From NCBI GenBank assembly GCA_964644245.1, contig CAZXUR010000002.1, positions 74,555-138,554 on the forward strand: 64,000 nucleotides of DNA. Direction: 5' to 3'. The DNA is from an uncultured archaeon (GTDB lineage: Archaea; Aenigmatarchaeota; Aenigmatarchaeia; CAZXUR01). Position numbers and translations under genes: made by a program. Under the pieces are notes generated by a model, which ran no database searches, had not been told where the DNA came from, and saw only the letters and a program-made list of their open reading frames with translations. Positions 10,194 through 19,115 of the stretch are shown here, piece after piece (within the stretch, counting starts at the first letter, position 1; every line of letters begins with the position of its first letter).

Positions 10194-10297
10194 ACAAACA
10201 ATTTCTCACTTATCTATATAAGTTTAGTTCGGATGAATTATCAAATCTCATCCGGTCCGGAAAATAAACATATATAAAATCGGTTACAAATAAGTCT

Positions 10298-11293
10298 ATG
10301 AAAAAAACTCTGATACTCGCTTTTGCGGTGTTATCCACATTTGCAATCTATTATTTCATAGGGCTTGACAAAATAATATTCTCTCTGGTCACCGGAGACC
10401 CATACCTGGTGGTGCTTGCCTTCGTCCTTTACCTCGCCTCTCTTTTGATATGGTCTCTCCGTTTGAGACTTTTCACCGAACACAGGATTTCTCCCCTGAC
10501 GTCCTTTTACTCTCTGATGGCTGGTCTTGCTGCCAACAACTTGGTGCCCCTAGTCAAATTCGGCGGGGAACCCGTCAAGGCCTATATAATGAAGAGAAGG
10601 AACGGGCTCCGGATGAGAGAGGGAATATCAGCGGTGTTCCTGGACGACGTTTCAGAGATACTTTTTGCCTTTGGAATAATATCCTTTGCACTGCTTTCCT
10701 CGTTCTTCCTGTGGAACCCCCCTTTCTGGCTTCACGTTTCCATGTTCATAGGTTATCTATTCTTCGTATCTTTTTTGGTCTTAATCTTCTCAATTCCCAG
10801 CACTAACATCGTCCAGAGAATTTTTGATTTCCTTTACAGAAAGAGTTTCTTCAAAAAGAGAGCAGACAGGGAGAAATTCCTGAGAGTTTTCAAGACATTC
10901 AAAGAGAACGTGAAGAAGGGAAGGAACAGAGACACGTTGTGTAAGGCCGTATTGGTCACATTGGTCCTGAGATTCCTTGACTTCGGAAAAACCTACCTTT
11001 TGCTGATGTCTTTGGGGCTGGGTCTTTCTTTAGTACAGATAGTAATCCTCTACGGAATAATGATATTCGTACTCTTCATCCCGGCCACTCCCGGCTCGTT
11101 GGGGGTAGCCGAAGGAGGAGAGATATTCGTGCTCACTCTGTTCGGGGTCGGGCTTCCCGCGGCAGCAGCCTTCGCCTTCCTAGACCGGCTTTTCACCTTC
11201 TGGTTCACCACTTTGTCAGGCTCGGCCATAGGCGTTTATTACGGGGTGGACGTGTGGAAAGAAAAGTCATCTGAGAGCAGGGTAGTCTCTTGA
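10298..11293 (+). CDS. flippase-like membrane protein (LPG-synthase TM / UPF0104 type)
   Basis: 331 aa, multi-TM. The motif PATPGSLGVAEGGEIFVL matches what I remember as typical of this family. Confidence 0.55.
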   Translation: MKKTLILAFAVLSTFAIYYFIGLDKIIFSLVTGDPYLVVLAFVLYLASLLIWSLRLRLFTEHRISPLTSFYSLMAGLAANNLVPLVKFGGEPVKAYIMKRRNGLRMREGISAVFLDDVSEILFAFGIISFALLSSFFLWNPPFWLHVSMFIGYLFFVSFLVLIFSIPSTNIVQRIFDFLYRKSFFKKRADREKFLRVFKTFKENVKKGRNRDTLCKAVLVTLVLRFLDFGKTYLLLMSLGLGLSLVQIVILYGIMIFVLFIPATPGSLGVAEGGEIFVLTLFGVGLPAAAAFAFLDRLFTFWFTTLSGSAIGVYYGVDVWKEKSSESRVVS

Positions 11294-12001
11294 ACCCTCC
11301 CGGTTGAAAATCAGATAATTCAGGCTGTTCTTTATGTGGAAGAAGACGTACTTCCAATAGTGCCTTTTCAGCCTCCTGGGTGATGTCCATATACCTCCGC
11401 TCATCAAATTGAAGTCGCCAAAGTTTCTCATCCGATAACTTATATCATAGTCCTCTGCGGATATCCAATCCTTGAAACCGTTCACTCGTTTGAAGGCTTT
11501 CCTTCTGTAGGCAACGAACATCGAGGGGAAGAGAGGAATCCCGAACAATAGGAATATCTTGGTGACCAAAAAGACTCCCTGATATATTATTCTGTACCTC
11601 CATTTCCCGGTTGAATACGCCTCTCCGCAAAGCCCCACTAGGTCCTGGTCCTCGAATTCCTTCAGTACCCTTTTCAGCACCCCTTTGTTCAACCTCATGT
11701 CCGCGTCTATGAACAGATATATGTCGCCCTTTGCCTTCTCCGCGCCTTTGTTCCTGGCCATGCCCACACCCACTTTTTTGGTGACAATGACTTTGTCTGC
11801 ATACTTCTTCGCAATTTTTGCGGTGTCGTCCTCAGAATTAGAATCGACAACGATTATCTCTTTGTCCACATCCTGCTTCTTTATCGACTTGAGGCAACTG
11901 CCTATGTACTTCTCTTCGTTCAAAGTAGGCACGATAATCGAGAGCATGAATATTTTTAACCTCTTGTTATATAATGTTTTGTAATTGGGCTTCTTAAACA
12001 C
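11267..12001 (-). CDS. family 2 glycosyltransferase
   Basis: LSIIVPTLNEEKYIGSCLKSI...IIVVDSNSEDDT...FIDADM (DxD). The likely start is MLSIIVP at 11947. Confidence 0.8.
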   Translation of the reverse strand: MFKKPNYKTLYNKRLKIFMLSIIVPTLNEEKYIGSCLKSIKKQDVDKEIIVVDSNSEDDTAKIAKKYADKVIVTKKVGVGMARNKGAEKAKGDIYLFIDADMRLNKGVLKRVLKEFEDQDLVGLCGEAYSTGKWRYRIIYQGVFLVTKIFLLFGIPLFPSMFVAYRRKAFKRVNGFKDWISAEDYDISYRMRNFGDFNLMSGGIWTSPRRLKRHYWKYVFFHIKNSLNYLIFNREGSRDYPALR

Positions 12002-12033
12002 TCCTTTTAAATATCCTGATACATATTAGACTT

Positions 12034-13086
12034 ATGAATTTTAACAAAGGTCTGACTCTTTTGAGACACCCCCTAAAGACTTACAAGATATGCTTTTTTG
12101 GGATAACTAATCGATGCAACGCCAGGTGTGATTTCTGCTCCATATGGAAGCAAAAGAAGAAGATTTCACCGAGCATTGAAAATGTAAAAAAGGCTCTTGA
12201 CTTTTTGCACAAGAATAACGTAAGATTCTTGCAGTTCACCGGGGGCGAGCCCTTCCTATACAAGGACATATTTGAGGCTACTAGATACGCATCTAATCGG
12301 GGTTTTTTCGTCTCTGTAGTTACCAACGGCAGTCTCATAGACCAGGAGAAGGCGAAAAAGATAAAGGAATCTGGGATTGATGCGGTGGGTGTGTCTGTAG
12401 ACCACTACAAGTCAGAGATAATAGAAAGTACCAGAGGCATAAAGGGGCTAAAGGATAAAGTAGAGAAGGGGGTGGAGCGTCTGAAGGATGAAGGTGTTCC
12501 CGTATTTGCTTTGACAACTATATGCAAATCAAATTATAAAGAACTAAAAGAAATACTGGAGTATGAAAGAGATTTGGGGGTTGATTCCATTACTTTATGC
12601 TACCCCATGTTTACAATGGATTCTACGTTTGAGATAGGTGGAAGCGACTCGGTCAATTTCTCTAAAGAAGAACTCTTAGACGTGTTCAGAAAGGTTATCA
12701 AACTCAAGAAAGACTATAAGATACTGAATCCTACCAAGGGATTGAAGGACATGATTCGGTTCCTAAAGAAAGAGGAGGTCAAATACCCATGTCTTGGAGG
12801 CTCTAAAATATTTTATCTGGACTGGAATCTGGATTTGTATAAGTGCATGAAGAAGTCAGAAATCATATGCTCGGCTCTTGATGATATCAAGTTAGAGTTG
12901 GAGGATTCCCAGTGTAACGAGTGCATGCTCGAATGTTTCAGGGACCCCAGCATATTCTACTATGGGTTGAGGTCTTTAAAGCCATTCTACGAGTTCTTTG
13001 GCATGGTCGGAAACATATCCAAGAACATGGCTAAGCTAGGGATTCGAAAGCGTTTTCAACCCTTTGGGCAACCTTCTTCCAAGTAA
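12034..13086 (+). CDS. radical SAM protein with Cys-rich C-terminal (SPASM/twitch-like) region
   Basis: CNARCDFCSIW (CxxxCxxC) near the N-terminus and a GGEPFLY motif. C-terminal cysteines: CLGG...C...C...CNEC...C. Confidence 0.8.
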   Translation: MNFNKGLTLLRHPLKTYKICFFGITNRCNARCDFCSIWKQKKKISPSIENVKKALDFLHKNNVRFLQFTGGEPFLYKDIFEATRYASNRGFFVSVVTNGSLIDQEKAKKIKESGIDAVGVSVDHYKSEIIESTRGIKGLKDKVEKGVERLKDEGVPVFALTTICKSNYKELKEILEYERDLGVDSITLCYPMFTMDSTFEIGGSDSVNFSKEELLDVFRKVIKLKKDYKILNPTKGLKDMIRFLKKEEVKYPCLGGSKIFYLDWNLDLYKCMKKSEIICSALDDIKLELEDSQCNECMLECFRDPSIFYYGLRSLKPFYEFFGMVGNISKNMAKLGIRKRFQPFGQPSSK

Positions 13087-14185
13087 ATTTTTTCAACACC
13101 CTTCTCCTCCCGTTCTTTCCCATCCTTGCTCCCTTCCTTTTATCGTCGAGTAAATCTGCGGTCCTGTCAGCCAACTTGTCACAGTTACCATAATCAATCA
13201 GAAAACCGGTCTTTCCATGCTTGACCACTTCGTTTACTCCTAGGACATCAAAACCCACCACAGGTTTTTCACACGCCTGTGCGTCAAGGACAGCAAGCCC
13301 AAACGACTCAACAGCAGAGAAAGATACATAGACATCTGCGAGGTTGTATGCGCCTACTAAGTCTTTGTCAGGAACGTATCCCGTGAAGTGGACCCTGTCT
13401 GACATACCAGACCTCCTGAATTTCGCCTCCAGGACGTCTCTATACTTGCCTCCACCGACCACTAAAAGAGAGGCATCTATTTTCTTCAGCATTTCTACTC
13501 CGTGCTGTATGCCCTTATACTTTACTATCCTTCCCACCGTCAGGACAATCCTTTTTGATTTCACCGAGTACTTTTTTCTGAACTTTTCACCAGATTCTTT
13601 ATCTTTTTTGAAAGTCTTGTAGTCAGAACCGTTGTAAACTACTTTTATTCTGGACCCACTGACCCCAAACCTTTCGGATATGTTATTCTTAAGACCTTTG
13701 CTGACAGCAAGTAGCATGTCACTTTTGTCAAAAAATTTCTTGGTAAACAATTCGTTGTACAACCAGTAAGGCCCTCTCCACATGCCCAGATTCGGGCTGT
13801 CGACAGGCCAATGTACTGTAACTACCATGGGTATATCATGTTTCTCAGATATTTTGGCTACCCCACTGAAGAAGCCGGTCGTGTAAGTGGGCCAATGCAC
13901 GTTTATCACATCTACGTCTTCTTTCCCACAGAGTCTATCCAGTTTTTTTACAAGATTACCATGGAAGACATACTTCGGTGGTGACAAAAAAGGTACGTTC
14001 CTGTAGGACACGTCCACATTTACGTTCCTTATGCCGTTTTCATTTATGCTGCTCGGTCCCACATATATGATTTCGTGCTTGTCCTTTAACTCTCTGGAAG
14101 TTCTCAGTATTACGTTTGATATGGTTTCCTTGGAGCCCAGATGATAGGGGTGGGGAAAAACTATTTTCATATTTCTACTTATCAA
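13031..14185 (-). CDS. family 4 (GT-B, group 1) glycosyltransferase
   Basis: 384 aa. The C-terminal domain pattern VSFSAVESFGLAVLDAQACEKPVVGFDVLGVNEVV is typical of glycosyltransferase group 1. Confidence 0.8.
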   Translation of the reverse strand: MISRNMKIVFPHPYHLGSKETISNVILRTSRELKDKHEIIYVGPSSINENGIRNVNVDVSYRNVPFLSPPKYVFHGNLVKKLDRLCGKEDVDVINVHWPTYTTGFFSGVAKISEKHDIPMVVTVHWPVDSPNLGMWRGPYWLYNELFTKKFFDKSDMLLAVSKGLKNNISERFGVSGSRIKVVYNGSDYKTFKKDKESGEKFRKKYSVKSKRIVLTVGRIVKYKGIQHGVEMLKKIDASLLVVGGGKYRDVLEAKFRRSGMSDRVHFTGYVPDKDLVGAYNLADVYVSFSAVESFGLAVLDAQACEKPVVGFDVLGVNEVVKHGKTGFLIDYGNCDKLADRTADLLDDKRKGARMGKNGRRRVLKKFTWKKVAQRVENAFESLA

Positions 14186-14187
14186 AA

Positions 14188-14856
14188 CTATTTAAATTTG
14201 TGAGGGAAGTCTTCTCTGCTGGTCTTTTCGGGAAAGCCAAGATAACTTTTCAATCCCTTCCTGATGTTTTTTGAGTTCGTTCCTCTCCTGCTTATCATTT
14301 TTATCCTGAGACGGGAATCATAATCCAAGTCCAGTACCTTGGCCGACTTGCTTATAAAGTAGATTTCTTCAGGCCACACAGGTCTGAATCCGTCGGTCTT
14401 GAGAAAGTCTTCCCTATTAATTGATATATTTGGACCACCTACTTTCATTATGATATTTTCCAGGTGATAAAGGAAGTTTACAAATGATAGTCGTGTGTTA
14501 AAGTTGAAGTTCTCATCCGTATAAAGTATCCTGCCTATGATGAAAGTTCCTTCTCTGACCCTTTCCTCGATCCTTTCCCTCCATCCAGAAAGGGGGTATG
14601 AATCTGCATCTATGAAGTAAAGAGTATCGCCTTTTGCCTCCTTCCCCCCAAGATTCCTCGGGTACCAGGGGCCTTTGCTGTTCCTATCAGTTTCTATAAC
14701 TCTTGCCCCCTTCTTCCTTGCTACATGGGCTGTTCCGTCAGTGGAGCAGTCGTCCACAACTATTACCTCGTAATTTCCAGGCTCTTTCATTATCTTAGGG
14801 AGGGTACGTTCCAACACCTTTTCTTCATTATACGCAGGTATTATAACCGATATCAA
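14188..14856 (-). CDS. family 2 glycosyltransferase
   Basis: MISVIIPAYNEEKVLERTL...VIVVDDCSTDGT...FIDADS. Confidence 0.8.
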   Translation of the reverse strand: MISVIIPAYNEEKVLERTLPKIMKEPGNYEVIVVDDCSTDGTAHVARKKGARVIETDRNSKGPWYPRNLGGKEAKGDTLYFIDADSYPLSGWRERIEERVREGTFIIGRILYTDENFNFNTRLSFVNFLYHLENIIMKVGGPNISINREDFLKTDGFRPVWPEEIYFISKSAKVLDLDYDSRLRIKMISRRGTNSKNIRKGLKSYLGFPEKTSREDFPHKFK

Positions 14857-14909
14857 AATAACACCCCTAATTCATTGAAGCCAAAGTATAAAATATGATT
14901 TATGATGGG

Positions 14910-15452
14910 TCAGGAATGATAGTTATTTTCGGGACCCTTGTTGAGCACAAAGAAATGATATATTTCAAGTGGCCATATGTATCTGTTATCAAGAGTGATG
15001 GGAAAGTCTTCTACGATCTCAAAGTAATCCCCAAATATCCTCATCCAGCTGTTGGTCTTGGCTATGTTTATGTGAGTCACATCATTGTCCAAGAGTCCGA
15101 ATCCCAGAGCTGAGATGAAATGATGAAATCTGCTGGAGACAGGCACAAATACAAACAGATAACCGTTTTCTTTCAGCATTGATTTCACCCTCTCAAGCAC
15201 AGAGTCTAGGTCTCTCAAATGCTCTATTACATCGAACATCGTGATCACATCAAACTTTATTCCCGAGAACGGTCTTTTTTTACATATATCGCAGATTCTA
15301 AATTCGCCCTTTAAACCTCCCTCTTTTGCCTGTCTTATAGCATGTTCACTTATGTCTATACCGTGCCTTTTGAATCTGTCTGACATATGCTGAAGAAAAA
15401 AACCGTATGCACAACCCACGTCCAATACGTTTCCCCCTTTCTTATATTCCAA
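14910..15452 (-). CDS. class I SAM-dependent methyltransferase (coding region probably extends upstream to about 15589)
   Basis: Motif I is VLDVGCAYGFF. The track start is a TTG. The same frame stays open upstream and reads ...YNEEYFNRHSHAIGGLLNGGYEGYEKHKHIKYWKWKVDKV, which looks like real methyltransferase N-terminal sequence but contains no ATG, GTG or TTG. Confidence 0.7.
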   Translation of the reverse strand: MEYKKGGNVLDVGCAYGFFLQHMSDRFKRHGIDISEHAIRQAKEGGLKGEFRICDICKKRPFSGIKFDVITMFDVIEHLRDLDSVLERVKSMLKENGYLFVFVPVSSRFHHFISALGFGLLDNDVTHINIAKTNSWMRIFGDYFEIVEDFPITLDNRYIWPLEIYHFFVLNKGPENNYHS

Positions 15453-15592
15453 TACCTTATCGACCTTCCATTTCCAGTACTTTATATGTTTGTGTTTTTC
15501 ATACCCTTCATATCCCCCATTCAGAAGACCGCCTATTGCATGACTATGCCTATTGAAGTACTCTTCATTGTATTCTCTCCGAGACGTGGTTG

Positions 15593-16570
15593 TCAGGATA
15601 TCAAATCCTTTATCTCATGTTCCTTAACTTTACACATGTTTTCTGTTATTCTTTCATCCAGTGACTCTATGTCATTTTTTATTCCATTTGGTATGGTGTT
15701 AGTTATATTTTCTTTGACAGTATCAATCCTGGCGGCAATTCCATCGTTCAGTTCTGCCACCACAGGGTCTGACAACAGTACCATGGAAATTACAATGGTG
15801 AACATCATCATGTAAATTAGAATGTTGGATACCCTAATTTTTTCAAAAACATCGTTCAAATTCACCCAATTAAAAATTATTACCATGTTGATTATGGATA
15901 TGGGTATGGGGATTATAAGCGGTAGTTTGAAAGTATATATGACTAAGGAAATTAGATAGAGCATTACCACTCCGGTAAATATTATTTTTAGTGTCATGTT
16001 CTGGAAAACATTTTTTCTTATGTCATTTTTCCAGAAAATGTAACATCCGACATACAGTAAAGACAGGAAACTCATGAAGACGTATGGAAAATTGTTAAGA
16101 GTAATCGAAAGCGCGAACCAGCCCAAAGAATACTTCAAGAACTCGATTACGAATAGATTTGGAACCACAAGTTTTGTGTTCTTTAACCGTAGGAAGGGAA
16201 CGGAGTGCAAAAAGTTCAGAAACAGTGTAAATGCCACTAACAGACCAAAGTAAACGTTTACCAAGAAACATAAAGACATGCCAACAATCGTCAGTATATA
16301 TGAAAACGATTCTACATATTCCCTTGTGAATTCAGACCTTGCAAGTGGCTTGTTTCTTTTTCTGATTTCATCCTTGACGTCCTCTTTGTAGTCCATCAAA
16401 TCGTTGTATTGGTAAACGGACTGGTAGGCGATTACAAAACCAAGGAGCCCGAAGACGAACCTTGCTGGGTCAAAGACATTAAAAACCGAGAAATAAAGCA
16501 CAGAGCCCATGATAAATTGAAAACTATTCTTGATGGGATTGTAAAGCCTGATGATCAAGTCGTACTTCAT
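15593..16570 (-). CDS. UbiA-family prenyltransferase-like polytopic membrane protein
   Basis: 325 aa, about 8 TM segments. First Asp-rich motif NDLMDYKED (NDxxDxxxD). A second DxxxD motif is not obvious. Soluble helical C-terminal tail. Confidence 0.5.
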   Translation of the reverse strand: MKYDLIIRLYNPIKNSFQFIMGSVLYFSVFNVFDPARFVFGLLGFVIAYQSVYQYNDLMDYKEDVKDEIRKRNKPLARSEFTREYVESFSYILTIVGMSLCFLVNVYFGLLVAFTLFLNFLHSVPFLRLKNTKLVVPNLFVIEFLKYSLGWFALSITLNNFPYVFMSFLSLLYVGCYIFWKNDIRKNVFQNMTLKIIFTGVVMLYLISLVIYTFKLPLIIPIPISIINMVIIFNWVNLNDVFEKIRVSNILIYMMMFTIVISMVLLSDPVVAELNDGIAARIDTVKENITNTIPNGIKNDIESLDERITENMCKVKEHEIKDLIS

Positions 16571-16662
16571 ATTATCAAACGTTGTTTTGAATAATACTTT
16601 TCAGTTCCTCTTAAAAAGGTTTTCTGACTTCATTTAAATTCCTTTACCCATACATATAAACC

Positions 16663-17295
16663 ATGTCCTTAAAACTAGATATTCACATCCACACAAAAAA
16701 CTCAGGTGACTCAGACATGTCCTTCAGAGAAGTGGTGGAAGCGGCTCTGGATAAAGGAATGAACGGGGTTGCTATCACCGACCATAGCGTGTTCCAAAAA
16801 TTCAGTTCAGACAAAATATTGGTAATACCGGGGGAAGAAGTGGCTGCCGAATCGGGCGAAGTCATAGGACTTGGACTGAAGAAAGAAATACCTCCGGGTC
16901 TGACCCCGAAAGAGACCATAAAGAGAATACACAAACAGGGAGCGATTGCGATAGCACCCCACCCATTCGACTACTTCAGGCACGGGCTTGGAAATCTATT
17001 GGAACATCTAGAAATAGACGCAGTGGAGACATGGAACGCCAGATGCCTGATGGAAAGGCCGGTAAGGCTTGCAGAAAGATTCGCCAGAGAGGAAGGACTT
17101 CCGGAGGTGGGAGGAAGCGACGCCCATACACCCGGAGAAGTGGGAAATGCGTATACACAACTGGACTGTAGGAAAAATGTAAGTTCGGTCTTGAAAGCCA
17201 TAAAGAAAGGAGAAACAAAAGTGGTGGGAAAACTCTCCAGTCCGCTCGTTCATTTGGGCTCGTACAAAGCAAGAATCAGAGGAAGGATTTGCTGA
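16663..17295 (+). CDS. PHP-domain metal-dependent phosphoesterase
   Basis: LDIHIHTKNSGDS...ITDHS...APHPFD...GGSDAHT are the PHP His/Asp motifs. Confidence 0.8.
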   Translation: MSLKLDIHIHTKNSGDSDMSFREVVEAALDKGMNGVAITDHSVFQKFSSDKILVIPGEEVAAESGEVIGLGLKKEIPPGLTPKETIKRIHKQGAIAIAPHPFDYFRHGLGNLLEHLEIDAVETWNARCLMERPVRLAERFAREEGLPEVGGSDAHTPGEVGNAYTQLDCRKNVSSVLKAIKKGETKVVGKLSSPLVHLGSYKARIRGRIC

Positions 17296-19114
17296 TTACC
17301 ACGCCGGCAACGATGCCCATCATCGCCACTAACACTACCGCCCGGTCATCCCTGTGAACCGGTTCTACTATTTCACTGGGTACTATGATTGGTTCTTGAA
17401 TCGTTTCTCCGGTGTAAACCTGGTAAATACTTTCGGACACGCAAGCGAATTCCTTGGCATAGGAATAGTAGAGCAAAGCGTTATAATCGTCTTCGAAACT
17501 TTTACCGTATTCGTAGTAACTGACCGCCACCAACGGATAGACAACTGACTCAGCATCCTTTATGGACAGCTCAGCTTCGTTCTTTGCAGTCTCTGCCTTT
17601 TCCGAGAACTCTTCGAGACCCCGGACTTCCATGGCCAGGTTCGCTTGGACTTTTGCGAGGGCCGCGTTTATTATGGCTGATGCGTATTCCTGATGCTCGT
17701 AGTCGTCCATGGCATTTTCCAAGGATTCTGATGACAGCCCCAGAAGTTTTCCTCCCGAGACAGTGGACGCATATGTTACCGAAGAGTCGGCTTCATCTAT
17801 CTTCATCTTTGCCAGATGTTCCAATTCACCCGTGTTAAACGACTGGTTACCGCCGAATACTTCAGTCATGTCGAACCAGGTCCTTGCGGTCTTGGAACGC
17901 TCGTCTGCATAACTCGCGTAATAACAGGCAGAGAGATAGTCTTCGTTGTAGTAGTTCTTCCAGGCCAGTCTGATCAAATCGTCAGCCTCGTTTATTCTCT
18001 GTGAGGAAACTGCAATCAGTTCTATGTCTATTATGTTGTCAGTTACGTTCTTGTCTATGTAGTCATCCGTGTCCTTGACTTTTTCCTCTATACCGTTTAT
18101 CAGTTCGTACAAGAAGGACTCACCGTCTCCTGACTCCAGTAGTCCTAAAGCATTCTTCACATAACTAGTCCTTATGGATATCTTGAATGCCTGACTCGAG
18201 GCCCCGTAGTAATTTCCTCCTTCATATAACTGTTTCAACTTCTCCATTTCTCCTTCCATTTCCTGCAACATGCCCGCCAGTTCGGTGTAGGTAGAGGTGC
18301 CTTTTCTTATTCCGGATTGTTGAAATATCTCTCTGCTTTGCTGGTAGTCCCTTTGCGCATCCGATTTCAACTGCTCGGAGACTTCCTTCATGACCTCCAC
18401 GTACTTGGAAGTGTCTATAGTTGCACCTTCTCTTTCCTTGAACCGGTGACCACTGTAGTAGCGTAGGGCGTCTTCCACGTCTGACACTTCTATCACTTCC
18501 AGTCCCCATTCCTCCTTCGCATAAGACATGATATCAACTCTTTTGGGAGTGGTCCTGACATGAGTCACTGGACCGACTTCTGTTGTTTCCGTTTCCTCAT
18601 AATAGATAACCGACTGTCCCGAGGGGACCAGGAACTGGGTGCCGTTCACAGATGCAGTTGCCTGTGCCTTTTCCAAGATTCTCCCCACCGGTCCTATGGT
18701 CCCGTCCGGGTTTATGGTGCCAGTCAAAACCACTTCTTTGGAGGCGTTCAAATCGAGTAAACTGGTCAGAGTGGCGACTGCCATGGAAGCACCGGCAGAA
18801 GGCCCTCCCACTATCTGTGCCTCGGAGCGGATTACGTAGAAGAAGTCCAGTTTCGAACAGTCCACTTCAGTCAGTCTGCAGGCAACGTCCCTGGCGATTC
18901 TTGCCGAAGCCTGTGTATCTATTTTTGTGAGTGGTGAGGTGTCTACGTAGGTGTGACCGTCCCCCTCCTTCACTTCCACATTCAACACGGCCACAGCTCC
19001 TTCATAACCTTGGTCCGTTTCCCTGATTGCAGGTAAATATATGGAGGTTTGTTTCAGTGCGAAACCAGCGGGCAATATCAAAAGTATGAATAACATGGCT
19101 AAAAACTTTCTCAT
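17276..19114 (-). CDS. secreted, membrane-anchored S16 (Lon-type) serine protease domain protein without an AAA+ module
   Basis: Signal peptide MRKFLAMLFILLILPAGFA. Lon proteolytic motif VGGPSAGASMAVA...TGTINPDGTIGPVGRILEK (Ser-Lys dyad). About 400 aa of helical Tyr/Ala-rich region. C-terminal TM helix (VVLVAMMGIVAGVVI). Confidence 0.7.
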   Translation of the reverse strand: MRKFLAMLFILLILPAGFALKQTSIYLPAIRETDQGYEGAVAVLNVEVKEGDGHTYVDTSPLTKIDTQASARIARDVACRLTEVDCSKLDFFYVIRSEAQIVGGPSAGASMAVATLTSLLDLNASKEVVLTGTINPDGTIGPVGRILEKAQATASVNGTQFLVPSGQSVIYYEETETTEVGPVTHVRTTPKRVDIMSYAKEEWGLEVIEVSDVEDALRYYSGHRFKEREGATIDTSKYVEVMKEVSEQLKSDAQRDYQQSREIFQQSGIRKGTSTYTELAGMLQEMEGEMEKLKQLYEGGNYYGASSQAFKISIRTSYVKNALGLLESGDGESFLYELINGIEEKVKDTDDYIDKNVTDNIIDIELIAVSSQRINEADDLIRLAWKNYYNEDYLSACYYASYADERSKTARTWFDMTEVFGGNQSFNTGELEHLAKMKIDEADSSVTYASTVSGGKLLGLSSESLENAMDDYEHQEYASAIINAALAKVQANLAMEVRGLEEFSEKAETAKNEAELSIKDAESVVYPLVAVSYYEYGKSFEDDYNALLYYSYAKEFACVSESIYQVYTGETIQEPIIVPSEIVEPVHRDDRAVVLVAMMGIVAGVVISKSFL

Positions 19115-19115
19115 G

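Noticed and set aside
10230-10254. A 7-bp inverted repeat (cggatga-N11-tcatccg) between the divergent pheS and flippase-like promoters, and the shared 11-mer caaataagtct directly upstream of the 10298 ATG and of tRNA-Ile (31111-31121).
   Set aside because: These are short and AT-rich, occur in promoter DNA, and fall within what chance can produce in 64 kb. There is no third copy to support a motif.
15586-15620. Programmed -1 frameshift fusing the UbiA-like protein to the methyltransferase.
   Set aside because: No X-XXY-YYZ slippery heptamer or downstream structure is visible in the 22-nt window where the two frames are both open. A rare start codon or an assembly indel is at least as likely. 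I kept only the start-codon anomaly as a finding.
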